Positions 7,941 through 16,526 of a DNA stretch of 32,000 bases are shown here, one piece after another. The notes beneath the pieces were generated by a model. The model searched no databases, was not told the DNA's origin, and saw only the letters and a program-made list of their open reading frames with translations. A program made the translations under genes and the position numbers. How positions within the stretch are numbered: position 1 is the stretch's first letter; the number at the start of each line of letters is the position of its first letter. The stretch is taken from the NCBI RefSeq assembly GCF_001894925.1, contig NZ_BCXD01000022.1, positions 1-32,000 of the forward strand, read 5' to 3'. This stretch comes from Rhodococcus rhodnii NBRC 100604. GTDB lineage: Bacteria > Actinomycetota > Actinomycetes > Mycobacteriales > Mycobacteriaceae.

Positions 7941-9419
7941 TCAGCCCATGCCGCCGGTGCAGACGTATTTGATCTCGGTGTACTCGTCGAGCCCCCAGTG
8001 CGAGCCCTCCCTGCCGATGCCCGACTCCTTGACGCCACCGAACGGCGCCACCTCGGTGGAGACCGAGAAGTCGTTCATCCCGACCATGCCGAACTCGAGC
8101 CCCTCCGCGATCCGGGTGAGCCGTCGGTAATCGGTCGTGTAGCAGTAGGCGACGAGCCCGTACGCGGTCGCGTTGGCGCGGCGGACCACCTCGTCGTCGT
8201 CGTGGAAGCGCATCACCGGAGCGATCGGGCCGAACGTCTCGTCGCTGCAGCACCGCATCGCGTCGTCGGCGTCGAGCAGGACCGTCGGCGCGAAGAACGC
8301 CGGTCCGTGCTCGTGAGCGCCGCCGCCGCACGCGAGCGTCGCACCGCGCTCGACAGCATCGTCGACGAGCGACGACATCGACTGCGCTGCAACGGGGTTG
8401 ATCATCGATCCCACCTCGACCCCGGCAACCGCGCCGTTGCCCACGGCGAGAGCGCGGACGCGAGCGACGAAGGCCGCGACGAAACGGTCGTAGATGCCGT
8501 CCTGGACGTAGATGCGGTTCGTCGCGACGCACGCCTGGCCGGCGTTGCGGAACTTCGAGCGCACGGCGCCCTCGACGGCCGCGTCGAGTTCGGCGTCGTC
8601 GCACACGATGAACGGAGCATTGCCGCCCAGCTCGAGCGAGACACGCTTGACGGTGCCGGCCGATTGCTCGCCCAGGAGCTTGCCGACCCGGGTAGACCCG
8701 GTGAAGGTGAGCTTGCGGACGAGTGCACTCGACGTGAGCTCCCCGCCGATCTCGCGTGCAGTGCCGGTCACGACGTTGAACACACCCGCGGGGACGCCCG
8801 CACGATCGGCGAGCCGGGCCAGGGCGAGCGCCGACAGCGGCGTCTCCTCCGACGGCTTGACGACCATCGTGCATCCGGCTGCCAGCGCGGGCCCGGCCTT
8901 GCGTGTGATCATCGAACTCGGGAAGTTCCACGGTGTGATCGCGGCGACGACACCGACCGACTGACGGATCACCTGGAGCCGGCGGTCCGCGCGATCGGTG
9001 GGGATCGTCTGGCCGTACGCCCGGCGTCCCTCTTCGGCGAACCACGTGAGAAAAGCTGCGGACGCGCCGATCTCGGCACGGGACTCCGCGAGCGGCTTAC
9101 CCTGCTCGGCGGTGAGCAGCGCGGCGAGCTCCTCCTCGTGATCCGCAATGAGGTCCGCCCAGCGGCGGAGCACCGTCGACCGCTCTCCGGCGGTGCGCGC
9201 CCGCCAGTCGTTCCACGCGGCGTGCGCTGCCTCGATCGCGACACGTGTCTCGTCGGCGCCCATCTTCGGCACCGATCCGATACGCCTTCCGGTCGCCGGG
9301 TCGACGACCTCGACGACCTCACCCGAGTCGGCGGCCGTCCACCGTCCGTCCACGTACGCGCGGTCCAGTGCCGCGGCGGTGAGATCCACGTCCGTGCGGA
9401 CGTCTGCTGCCAGTGTCAC
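7941..9419 (-). CDS. gabD: NAD(P)+-dependent succinate-/glutarate-semialdehyde dehydrogenase-like aldehyde dehydrogenase
   Basis: Track ORF 7941..9452. The preferred start is GTG 9419, with GAAGGA 8 nt upstream; GTG 9452 is the alternative. Long stretches match E. coli GabD as I recall it: ITPWNFPSSMITRKAGPALAAGCTMVVKPSEETP, VGKLL...VSLELGGNAPFIV, FRNAGQACVATNR (catalytic Cys), DETFGP. Confidence 0.88.
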   Translation of the reverse strand: MTLAADVRTDVDLTAAALDRAYVDGRWTAADSGEVVEVVDPATGRRIGSVPKMGADETRVAIEAAHAAWNDWRARTAGERSTVLRRWADLIADHEEELAALLTAEQGKPLAESRAEIGASAAFLTWFAEEGRRAYGQTIPTDRADRRLQVIRQSVGVVAAITPWNFPSSMITRKAGPALAAGCTMVVKPSEETPLSALALARLADRAGVPAGVFNVVTGTAREIGGELTSSALVRKLTFTGSTRVGKLLGEQSAGTVKRVSLELGGNAPFIVCDDAELDAAVEGAVRSKFRNAGQACVATNRIYVQDGIYDRFVAAFVARVRALAVGNGAVAGVEVGSMINPVAAQSMSSLVDDAVERGATLACGGGAHEHGPAFFAPTVLLDADDAMRCCSDETFGPIAPVMRFHDDDEVVRRANATAYGLVAYCYTTDYRRLTRIAEGLEFGMVGMNDFSVSTEVAPFGGVKESGIGREGSHWGLDEYTEIKYVCTGGMG

Positions 9420-9495
9420 GTCATCAGTCCTTCGAAAGAGTGCTGTCCTCACATCGCGCGAGAGAACGAGTTCGGATGTGCGGCGGCGACCGCGG

Positions 9496-10920
9496 TCAGC
9501 GCGTGATCCACTCGCGCAGGTCGATGGCGGCCGCGCCGGGAATCACGGCGCGCTCGGGACGATCCGACGCCCGCGCCGCGATCGGAGCCGTCGCGACGAT
9601 CCCCATGCGCGCGGTCGTCCCGGTGTCGGTGAGGCGCTTGTTCACCGGATTCCCCTTCCCACCGGAGATCACCACGAGGTCCTCGTCGGCGCGGAACCAT
9701 GTCGCGATCGCACGTTCGACGGCCTGCGCGTCGAACGGATCGACATCCCCGTCGACCACCACGACGAGCGTGACATCACGGTGAGCCGCGAAGGCCGCGA
9801 GCACCGTGTCCTTGCCGTCGCCGTCGTGCGCGGTGTCGACGGACACCACGACGTGGAACTTGTTGAGCCCGCCGCCGGTCACGTTGATCGCCCGTACCCC
9901 GGGGATGCCGCCGCGCATCGCGGTGAGCATCGCGGGCTCGTTGGGCAGACCCATGAGCAGCAACTGCTCGGACGATCCCGAGATCATGCCCTGGTACACG
10001 GGATCGCGCCGGTGCGTGACGGCGTCGATCCGCACGACGTGGCGCTGCGTGACGCCTTTGTAGAACCCCGCGAACTCCGCGAACGGCCCCTCGTTGCCAC
10101 GCTCGTTCGGCAGTACGTGCCCTTCGAGCACGTACTCGGCACGAGCGGGCACCATGAGCGAGTTCGTGACGCCGCGCACGAGTTCCTCAGGCCGCCCGCG
10201 CAATCCGCCGGCGATACCGTACTCGTCGGCCCCGAAAGGGACCGCCGACCCCGAGGTTCCCGCCGCGAAGCGCAGCGGCGCATCCACACCCACGACGATC
10301 GAGACCGGCATCGGCAGGTTCTGTTCCTCGTAGGCATCGAGGATCCGGTGCAGATGCCGCGGGACGATCACCATCCGCAGTTCACGCGGCCCCTTGACCT
10401 GCATCCGGTGGTACGACAGATTGCGCTGCCGTGTCTCGGGATGCTCGGCGGTGACGATTCCCGACGTGATGTAGGGGCCACCGTCGTGCTCGAAGTGGGT
10501 GAGGACGGGCAACGCGGTCAGGTCGACCTCGTCGCCCGTGCGCACCGTCTCGTGAACGGGCGCATCCGTCACCTCGATCGGCGAGATCGGACACGACAAC
10601 GCCCGCGCGTAGCGATCCGTGAGCGATCCGGCGGTCACGCCCAGCGCGAGTGCCACCCGTTCGCGTGTGGCGTCCGTTCCGATCACGACGCTCGCACCGC
10701 GGTGGCCGACTGCGCGGAACATCAGCGCGGGGCCCGCCGTCACGTCGGCCCGATGAGCGATCGCCGCGAGCTCGTGGTGCGCCGCGACCGTGCGGTCGAC
10801 GATCGCGAGTTCGCCTGCCGCATCGAGCCGTTCGATCTGCTCGCGCAACGACGTCACCGCTGCCGTCGTTGTGGTCGCCGTGTCCGAGTTTGCCGTCGTG
10901 TCCGAGTTCACCGCTGCCAT
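9496..10920 (-). CDS. UbiD-family (prFMN-dependent) decarboxylase
   Basis: 474 aa from ATG 10920 (GAGGTGA upstream) inside track ORF 9496..10962. Family-typical NLSYHRMQV, ADEYGIAGGLRG and EGPFAEFAGFY. The N-terminus carries a Thr/Ser/Asn-rich extension (MAAVNSDTTANSDTATTTTAA). Confidence 0.88.
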   Translation of the reverse strand: MAAVNSDTTANSDTATTTTAAVTSLREQIERLDAAGELAIVDRTVAAHHELAAIAHRADVTAGPALMFRAVGHRGASVVIGTDATRERVALALGVTAGSLTDRYARALSCPISPIEVTDAPVHETVRTGDEVDLTALPVLTHFEHDGGPYITSGIVTAEHPETRQRNLSYHRMQVKGPRELRMVIVPRHLHRILDAYEEQNLPMPVSIVVGVDAPLRFAAGTSGSAVPFGADEYGIAGGLRGRPEELVRGVTNSLMVPARAEYVLEGHVLPNERGNEGPFAEFAGFYKGVTQRHVVRIDAVTHRRDPVYQGMISGSSEQLLLMGLPNEPAMLTAMRGGIPGVRAINVTGGGLNKFHVVVSVDTAHDGDGKDTVLAAFAAHRDVTLVVVVDGDVDPFDAQAVERAIATWFRADEDLVVISGGKGNPVNKRLTDTGTTARMGIVATAPIAARASDRPERAVIPGAAAIDLREWITR

Positions 10921-10930
10921 TTCTGTCACC

Positions 10931-11692
10931 TCACACCACAGCGCGATCCTGCTCGGGAACACCGAGCAGTCCCATCACCCGCTCGTATGCGGCCTCGACG
11001 GCCGGGTCGGTCAGGCTGCGGGGATGCTCGGCGTCGATCGTGATGTGGTCGAGAACGCGGCCGGGCCGCGCGGACAACACGATCACCGATGTCGCGAGCG
11101 AGATCGCCTCCATCACGTTGTGGGTGACGAACACGATCGTCGAACGACGTTCCAGCCACAGGTCACGCAGGAACAAACGCTGCGTGCGCGCCGTCATCTC
11201 GTCGAGCGCGGAGAACGGCTCGTCCATGAGCAGCATCGCCGGCTCCGTCGCGAGCGCGCGGGCTATCGAGACTCGCTGCTGCATTCCGCCCGAGAGCGCC
11301 GCCGGGTAGAAATCGCCGTAGTCGGAGAGGCCGGCGGCAGCGAGGTACTCGGAGGTCTGCTGCTGGAACGGAACCCGCCTGTTCTGCGACCTGGCCGCTC
11401 TCGTGATCTCGAGGTTCTCCTGGACCGTCCGCCACGGCAGCAGCCGGGCGCGCTGGAACACGAATCCGATCTCCTCGGGCGACGGCGCGTCCAGTAGTCC
11501 GCTCGTCGGCTTCTGCAGTCCCGACAGGATGTTGAGGAGCGTCGACTTGCCGCTGCCGGAAGGGCCGAGGATCGCGACGAACTCACTGTCCCCGACGGTG
11601 AAGGAGATGTCGTCGAGCACCTGCAACTGTTCTCCGCCGGGAACCGCGAAGCTCTTGCACACGCCGTCGAAGGTGATGATGGGTTCAGGCAC
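10931..11692 (-). CDS. ABC transporter ATP-binding protein, NitT/TauT (nitrate/sulfonate/taurine) family
   Basis: 253 aa with a GTG start. Walker A GPSGSGKST, signature LSGGMQQRVSIARAL, Walker B LLMDEPFSALD. 8-nt overlap with the permease stop. Confidence 0.9.
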   Translation of the reverse strand: MPEPIITFDGVCKSFAVPGGEQLQVLDDISFTVGDSEFVAILGPSGSGKSTLLNILSGLQKPTSGLLDAPSPEEIGFVFQRARLLPWRTVQENLEITRAARSQNRRVPFQQQTSEYLAAAGLSDYGDFYPAALSGGMQQRVSIARALATEPAMLLMDEPFSALDEMTARTQRLFLRDLWLERRSTIVFVTHNVMEAISLATSVIVLSARPGRVLDHITIDAEHPRSLTDPAVEAAYERVMGLLGVPEQDRAVV

Positions 11693-12584
11693 GCTGTTCT
11701 CCTTCCTCGATCACGGTGGACTTTCCTCCGCCGAACTTGCCCATCGGGCGTTCGCGCCACAGGAAGGCGCGCCGCTCGAGCGGCCGCAGTACGACGTACT
11801 CGAAGAGAGCGACGAAGATCATGAAGCCGATCGTCCAGGCGATCACCGCGGTGAGGTCGTAGAGCTGGAACGCCCGGTTCACCTGATAGCCGACGCCGTC
11901 CGAGAGCCCGAGCAGCTCGATCATCACGACGTACTTCCAGCAGACACCGAACGCCTGTCGTGCCGCCGTGATCGCCGGCCCCGCGAGCTGCGGGAGGATG
12001 ACGTGCCGGAACTGCGCGTAGCGGGAGTAGCCGAAGACCTGCGACATCTCCTGCAGATCGGTGTCGAGTCGTTTGGTTCCCTGCCAGAAGTTCACGGCGA
12101 TCATCGGCACCGCGAGGTATCCCATCGCGATGATGGCGCTCGACTCGTTGAGGCCGAGCGCGATGAGGATGATCATCGCGATGAAGATCCCCGGCTGCGA
12201 CATCCCGGTGACGATGAACAGCTCGAAGAACGACTCGCCCTTGCGCGACCGCCCCATCGCCGTTCCGATGAGGAAGGCGGTGACGTACGCGATCGCGAAT
12301 CCGCCGAGCACGCGGCGGACCGTGAGCCACATCTGCTCGTAGAACTGTGAGCCCGTCAGCAGTTCGTACAGCGCACCGAGCGTGTCCGGGACGGTGGGCA
12401 ACACCGAACTGAGGACGGTGGTGCTCGCGACGACCCAGAGCAGCAGGACCGTGAGGAGAAAGGCCAGCCGAAAGATCATGGCCGAGCCGAGGATCCGTGA
12501 GATCAGCGACGGCGCCGACTCGTTCTCCGTGGTCCGCGTGCGCTCCGTACGAGGGCTCGTGTCCTTGGGCGCGGTAACGGTCAC
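11685..12584 (-). CDS. ABC transporter permease, NitT/TauT family
   Basis: 299-aa hydrophobic ORF with multiple TM segments and a BPD-type EAA-like loop region (MSQVFGYSRYAQFRHVILPQLAGP). GTGA overlap with the binding-protein stop; the start is therefore tentative. Confidence 0.85.
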   Translation of the reverse strand: MTVTAPKDTSPRTERTRTTENESAPSLISRILGSAMIFRLAFLLTVLLLWVVASTTVLSSVLPTVPDTLGALYELLTGSQFYEQMWLTVRRVLGGFAIAYVTAFLIGTAMGRSRKGESFFELFIVTGMSQPGIFIAMIILIALGLNESSAIIAMGYLAVPMIAVNFWQGTKRLDTDLQEMSQVFGYSRYAQFRHVILPQLAGPAITAARQAFGVCWKYVVMIELLGLSDGVGYQVNRAFQLYDLTAVIAWTIGFMIFVALFEYVVLRPLERRAFLWRERPMGKFGGGKSTVIEEGEQRA

Positions 12585-13582
12585 GACTGCTCACCTCCAC
12601 CGTCGAACAGCACCATCGTGTCGATGTCGTGCTCGCGCTGCAGCAGACCGATCTCCCGCGCGCGCTCGAGTTCCTCTTGCGCGAAGGTCAGGTTCTCCTC
12701 CGTGTAGGCGGGAATGAGCAGGGGCGCGAATCGCTCGAACAGCAGGTCGGTGCCCTCGGGCGCCGTGAGATTCACCGCGTCCGCGTTCGCCTCGTAGATC
12801 GACTTGTCGGAACCGGCGATCTCCGTGGCGCGCGCGGCGAGGCGCTGCATGAGGTCCGCATCGTTCTCCTCGAGCCAGTCCGATCGCGCGGCCCAGTTCT
12901 GCGACGGCGCGAGCGACTGTCCCGCTTCCTCCCAGTAGTGCGCGGTATGGAACAGCTCGCGGTAGCCACCCTCGGTCAGCATGCGCGTGGTGTTCGGCTC
13001 GTATTGGGTGATCGCCTCCATCTCCCCGGTGTCGAGCAGACCCTGGAGCAGTCCGCCCGAATCGGCGAGCATGAGCCGATAGTCCTCCTCCATGTCGATC
13101 CCCATGTCCTGCAGGACGAAGTACGACTCGGAGTAGACGCTGACGGTCCGATGCAGCGACGCGACCGGCTCGCCGAGAAGGTCCTCGGCCGTCCGGTACG
13201 GCGAGTCCTCCTCGACGATCATCGACGAGTTGGCGGCCCAGGTGGGCGAGATGCCGACGACGTCGTGACCCTGTTCCTGTGCGGAGGCGAGGTTGACGAT
13301 GCTCATGAAGCCCATGTCGATGTCGCCGTTGGTGAGAGCGATCTGGGCGGTCTTCTGCGCCATCGGCTTGTACTCGACCTCCACGCCGAGTTCGTCGCCG
13401 GCCTGCTCGAGCGCCTCGACCATGAGGGCCGCGATCCCGACATCCGAACCGCCGACCACGACCTTGGGTCCGCTCGACTCGGATTCGGCGGAGCCGCATG
13501 CCGTCAGGGCCAGTACAGTGGCGACCCCGACGCCGAGTGCGCGCAGACCACGGCCTGTACGGGGTGTGTTCTCAGGAGCCAT
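12581..13582 (-). CDS. ABC transporter substrate-binding lipoprotein (NMT1/SsuA/TauA-like)
   Basis: 333 aa. Signal peptide with lipobox LALTAC. GGAAAGG Shine-Dalgarno 7 nt upstream of ATG 13582. First gene of the transporter set. Confidence 0.8.
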   Translation of the reverse strand: MAPENTPRTGRGLRALGVGVATVLALTACGSAESESSGPKVVVGGSDVGIAALMVEALEQAGDELGVEVEYKPMAQKTAQIALTNGDIDMGFMSIVNLASAQEQGHDVVGISPTWAANSSMIVEEDSPYRTAEDLLGEPVASLHRTVSVYSESYFVLQDMGIDMEEDYRLMLADSGGLLQGLLDTGEMEAITQYEPNTTRMLTEGGYRELFHTAHYWEEAGQSLAPSQNWAARSDWLEENDADLMQRLAARATEIAGSDKSIYEANADAVNLTAPEGTDLLFERFAPLLIPAYTEENLTFAQEELERAREIGLLQREHDIDTMVLFDGGGEQS

Positions 13583-13747
13583 GTGTGGGCCTTTCCTGAC
13601 CGATTGGTTGACTCTGCCCCGCGCTCGTCGAACGAAACCCGGATTCGGCTGCTTCGGCGAATTCCGGTGCGAGAGCGGGCGTTCGACGGCAGTTTCCGTG
13701 ATGTTCGGGTGGTGGTCACCGCCGTTGGGACAACCATAGGATCGAGA

Positions 13748-15307
13748 TCACACCTCGCGAACGCTCCCCGTTGGACAATTTCGGAGACGATCTGTCGCCT
13801 GCTCGGACAGTTGCGGGTAACGCTGCAGCGCGGCGAACCACAACTCGGCACGCGCGGTGGGATCGCTGAGCATCTTCCCCAGGAGTCGTTCGATACGACG
13901 GACCCGCGAGCGCAGCGTGTGACGGTGAACGCCGAGGAGATCCGACGCGGTCTCGACATGTCCGTTGAGGCCGAGCCACGCGATGAGCGTCCGGCACAGG
14001 TCGCCGGCGCGTTCGCCGTCCGCGACCTCGATCGGCGCGAAGATGCTCGCCGCGATGTCGCCGTCGTCGGCCGCCACGAGCAATGCGGAGTACGTGGGCC
14101 CGACCCGGCTGCCGACCTCGAGAACCCCCATGCTCGTCGCGGCCGCGGCCGTCGCTGCGCGATCGGCCTGCTTGAGCGCCTGCTCGGCGTCGCCGATCCC
14201 ACGAGCGACCGCGATTCCCACGGAATGCCGGCTGGCATGCACGAGGGTCCGCTCGATCGCCTCCGCGTCGAGGTGCCGCTCGCTCATGAACATCGCGAGC
14301 CGGCTCTTGTACCGGGCGACCAGGACGTTGGATCGGTAGGCCTCGACGTCGCTACGGATCGCGTCGATCTCGGGTTTCGGAACGTGGATCACCGCGACGG
14401 CGATGCGCCCCGACGCAAGCGGCCCCCCGAACAGGACGGTCATCTGTTCGGGGGGCAGGAGGTGGTTGTCGAGGATCATCACGAGTGCGTCGAGCCGACG
14501 CCGCTCGGCGAGAGTACGGGTCGCTTCGAGCTCGAGTTCGAACCCCAGCACCTCGGCGGCGATCGCGCCGACGCGATCGCGTGGCCCCCTGTCGTCGGGC
14601 ATCCCCCCGACGACGAGGGTCCCCAGGTGGCGGGACCTGCCGCCGAGCGGAAGCACCTCGATGCGCTCGCCGTTCGCGATGACCGAGGCACTGGCGAAGG
14701 TGCCGGAATCGCGAGTGCGGGCGAGCACGTCGGCGACATCGGCGAGCCGGTCGACCGCAGCGCGCGGTGCGACGGTACGGACCACGCCGACCGGAGAGAG
14801 CAGCGCGGCCCACCCGCCACCCTGCTCGGCCAGCGCCGCGACCAGAGCGTCCGCACCTCCTCGGAGCGCGGCCCTCGTGAGCGCCTCCCGGATCCGGTTG
14901 TCGCGGGCCTCCACCGCGTGGTCACGCTCGGCGATGACATCCGCTACCGCCTTGGTGACGGCGATGAACGGTGTCGGCGAGGCGATTTCGAGAAGCACGA
15001 GATCCCAGCGCCGGCACGCCTCGACGAGTTCGACCGGAACCTCGTCGTGGCTCGGACCCAGCCCGAACCCGATTCCGACCACTCCGACCTTCGCGAGTCG
15101 CTCGACGTACCCACCGAACTCGCGGCGTTCACGGAAGCGCATTCCGGTCGTCAGCAGGATCTCGCCACCGTTGAGGTACCTGGTCGGGTCCTCGTGCTCA
15201 CTGGTAGCCACCCACGAGATCTCGGTGTCGAGACGCTCCTGCCCGACGATCACCCGAATGCCGAGACGCACATCCTCGACGACGCTTCGCAACGTTGAAT
15301 CCACCAC
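13748..15307 (-). CDS. PucR-family transcriptional regulator
   Basis: C-terminal ~519 aa of track ORF 13748..15964. Preferred start is GTG 15307 or 15304, with GGAGG 4-7 nt upstream; ATG 15358 is the alternative. N-terminal PurC-like region (ISWVATSEHEDPTRYLNGGEILLTTG). C-terminal PucR HTH (LLGVHRHTLRSRVRRIERLLG). Confidence 0.85.
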   Translation of the reverse strand: MVDSTLRSVVEDVRLGIRVIVGQERLDTEISWVATSEHEDPTRYLNGGEILLTTGMRFRERREFGGYVERLAKVGVVGIGFGLGPSHDEVPVELVEACRRWDLVLLEIASPTPFIAVTKAVADVIAERDHAVEARDNRIREALTRAALRGGADALVAALAEQGGGWAALLSPVGVVRTVAPRAAVDRLADVADVLARTRDSGTFASASVIANGERIEVLPLGGRSRHLGTLVVGGMPDDRGPRDRVGAIAAEVLGFELELEATRTLAERRRLDALVMILDNHLLPPEQMTVLFGGPLASGRIAVAVIHVPKPEIDAIRSDVEAYRSNVLVARYKSRLAMFMSERHLDAEAIERTLVHASRHSVGIAVARGIGDAEQALKQADRAATAAAATSMGVLEVGSRVGPTYSALLVAADDGDIAASIFAPIEVADGERAGDLCRTLIAWLGLNGHVETASDLLGVHRHTLRSRVRRIERLLGKMLSDPTARAELWFAALQRYPQLSEQATDRLRNCPTGSVREV

Positions 15308-15374
15308 ACAACCTCCAGTTTGTCCGGCGAGGATAACCAGAGACCGCGGAGTGTGCATTCCGGCGAATCGGACA

Positions 15375-16526
15375 TCACAGTCGGAGTTGCTCGCTACTCG
15401 CCGGTAACTCGACGGCGGTGTGCTCCCCCAGTTCGGGGGGCGCACTGCGATACCGCACGGGCGTGTGCGACAACGAGATCGGGTTCGCCACCTGACGCAC
15501 GCGCGCCGCGCCGACCTCGACGACCGGCTCGTTCCCGATCCGATCCGCGAACGCGATCGCCTCGGCGACGTCGTTGACCGGGCCGGCCGGGATTCCGCGC
15601 GCAGTGAGAACACCGAACCAGTGCTCGGCCGTGTTCGTGCGCAACGCCGCCTGAAGAAGCGGTGCGAGTTCGCCGCGATGCGCGACGCGGTCGGCATTCG
15701 TCCGGAAACGATCGTCGCCCGCCGATTCGCAGAGCCCGAGAACGTCGCACAGGGCGGCGAACTGACGGTCCGTGCCCACCGCCAGCGCGAGTGGGCGGTC
15801 CGCCGTGTCGAACAGCTCGTACGGAGCGATCGACGGATGTGCGTTGCCGGACGCCGTCGGGACCACCCCCGCTCCCAGGTACGCCGATCCCTGATTGACG
15901 AGTGAGGACAACAGCGTCGACAGCAGATCGACGTCGACCCGCTGCCCCTCGCCCGTGCGGTCACGATGCCGGATCGCTGCGAGAACTCCTGCCAGAGCGT
16001 GCATCCCGGTCAGCACGTCGACCAGCGCGACACCGACCTTCGTCGGCGTGTCCGGGTCCGGCCCGGTGATGCTCATCAATCCGCCCATTGCCTGCGCGAG
16101 CAGGTCGTAGCCGGGCAACTCCGCCCCGCCGGCGCGGCCGAAGCCCGTGATCGCGCAGTACACGAGACCGGGCCGCACGGTCGACAGGCGTTCGTACCCG
16201 AGCCCGAGCCGCTCCATGGTGCCCGCCCGGAAGTTCTCGACGACGATGTCGGCGCCGGCGACGATCCGCAGCGCCTCCTCGCGCCCAGAGGGATCCGCGA
16301 GGTCGAGCACGACCGAGCTCTTGTTCCGGTTCACCGCGGTGAAGTACGTCGCGGTGCCGGCCTCGTCGCGCGGCGGAGCCCACGCCCTGGTGTCGTCACC
16401 GACCCCTGGGCGCTCGATCTTCACGACGTGCGCACCCATGTCGGCGAGCATCATCGTCGCGTAGGGCCCCGCGAGCACCCGGCTGAAATCGGCGACGACG
16501 AGCCCGTCCAGTGCCCCCGCCGTCAT
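15375..16526 (-). CDS. Family III CoA-transferase (CaiB/BaiF type; glutarate or dicarboxylate CoA-transferase candidate)
   Basis: 383 aa from ATG 16526 (MTAGALDGLVVADFSRVLAGPYATMMLADMGAHVVKIERP...) inside track ORF 15375..16682. ATGA overlap with the upstream acyl-CoA dehydrogenase stop. Confidence 0.88.
   Translation of the reverse strand: MTAGALDGLVVADFSRVLAGPYATMMLADMGAHVVKIERPGVGDDTRAWAPPRDEAGTATYFTAVNRNKSSVVLDLADPSGREEALRIVAGADIVVENFRAGTMERLGLGYERLSTVRPGLVYCAITGFGRAGGAELPGYDLLAQAMGGLMSITGPDPDTPTKVGVALVDVLTGMHALAGVLAAIRHRDRTGEGQRVDVDLLSTLLSSLVNQGSAYLGAGVVPTASGNAHPSIAPYELFDTADRPLALAVGTDRQFAALCDVLGLCESAGDDRFRTNADRVAHRGELAPLLQAALRTNTAEHWFGVLTARGIPAGPVNDVAEAIAFADRIGNEPVVEVGAARVRQVANPISLSHTPVRYRSAPPELGEHTAVELPASSEQLRL

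Noticed and set aside
6535-9045. Long N-terminal extensions of track ORFs: 836 aa (6535..9045), 738 aa (13748..15964), 549 aa (4755..6404), 435 aa (15375..16682), 421 aa (24679..25944), 408 aa (247..1473), 404 aa (3456..4670) and 314 aa (5972..6916).
   Set aside because: In each case the homology-bearing part starts at an internal ATG, GTG or TTG with a Shine-Dalgarno sequence or a coupled stop-start overlap. The extension is Arg-rich and overlaps the upstream gene in another frame.
10875-10915. Imperfect 18-bp duplication (GCCG(TC)GTGTCCGAGTT twice) encoding NSDTTANSDT at the UbiD N-terminus.
   Set aside because: It is a single imperfect duplication in a low-complexity N-terminal extension, with nothing beyond local slippage to report.
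13583-13747. 165-nt spacer upstream of the ABC importer, examined for a riboswitch, promoter or terminator. It has an imperfect 8-bp inverted repeat at 13686-13693 / 13718-13725 and a TATGGT -10-like hexamer.
   Set aside because: The repeat has a mismatch and a 24-nt loop. No -35/-10 pair with proper spacing could be supported, and I recognise no known riboswitch core. Left unannotated.
12629-15298. 889-aa plus-strand ORF, the longest in the track, spanning two genes and the 13583-13747 spacer.
   Set aside because: It lies antisense to the well-supported binding-protein and PucR genes. It is Arg/Asp/Gly/His-rich with no motif. This is the typical shadow ORF of a ~70% GC genome where stop codons are rare. 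The same applies to the other long antisense ORFs: 82..1158, 987..2057, 2482..3588, 6403..7809, 7929..9506, 9148..11043, 16511..17698, 17877..19127, 19299..20393, 21963..23237, 25320..26522, 26691..27758 and 28613..30040.
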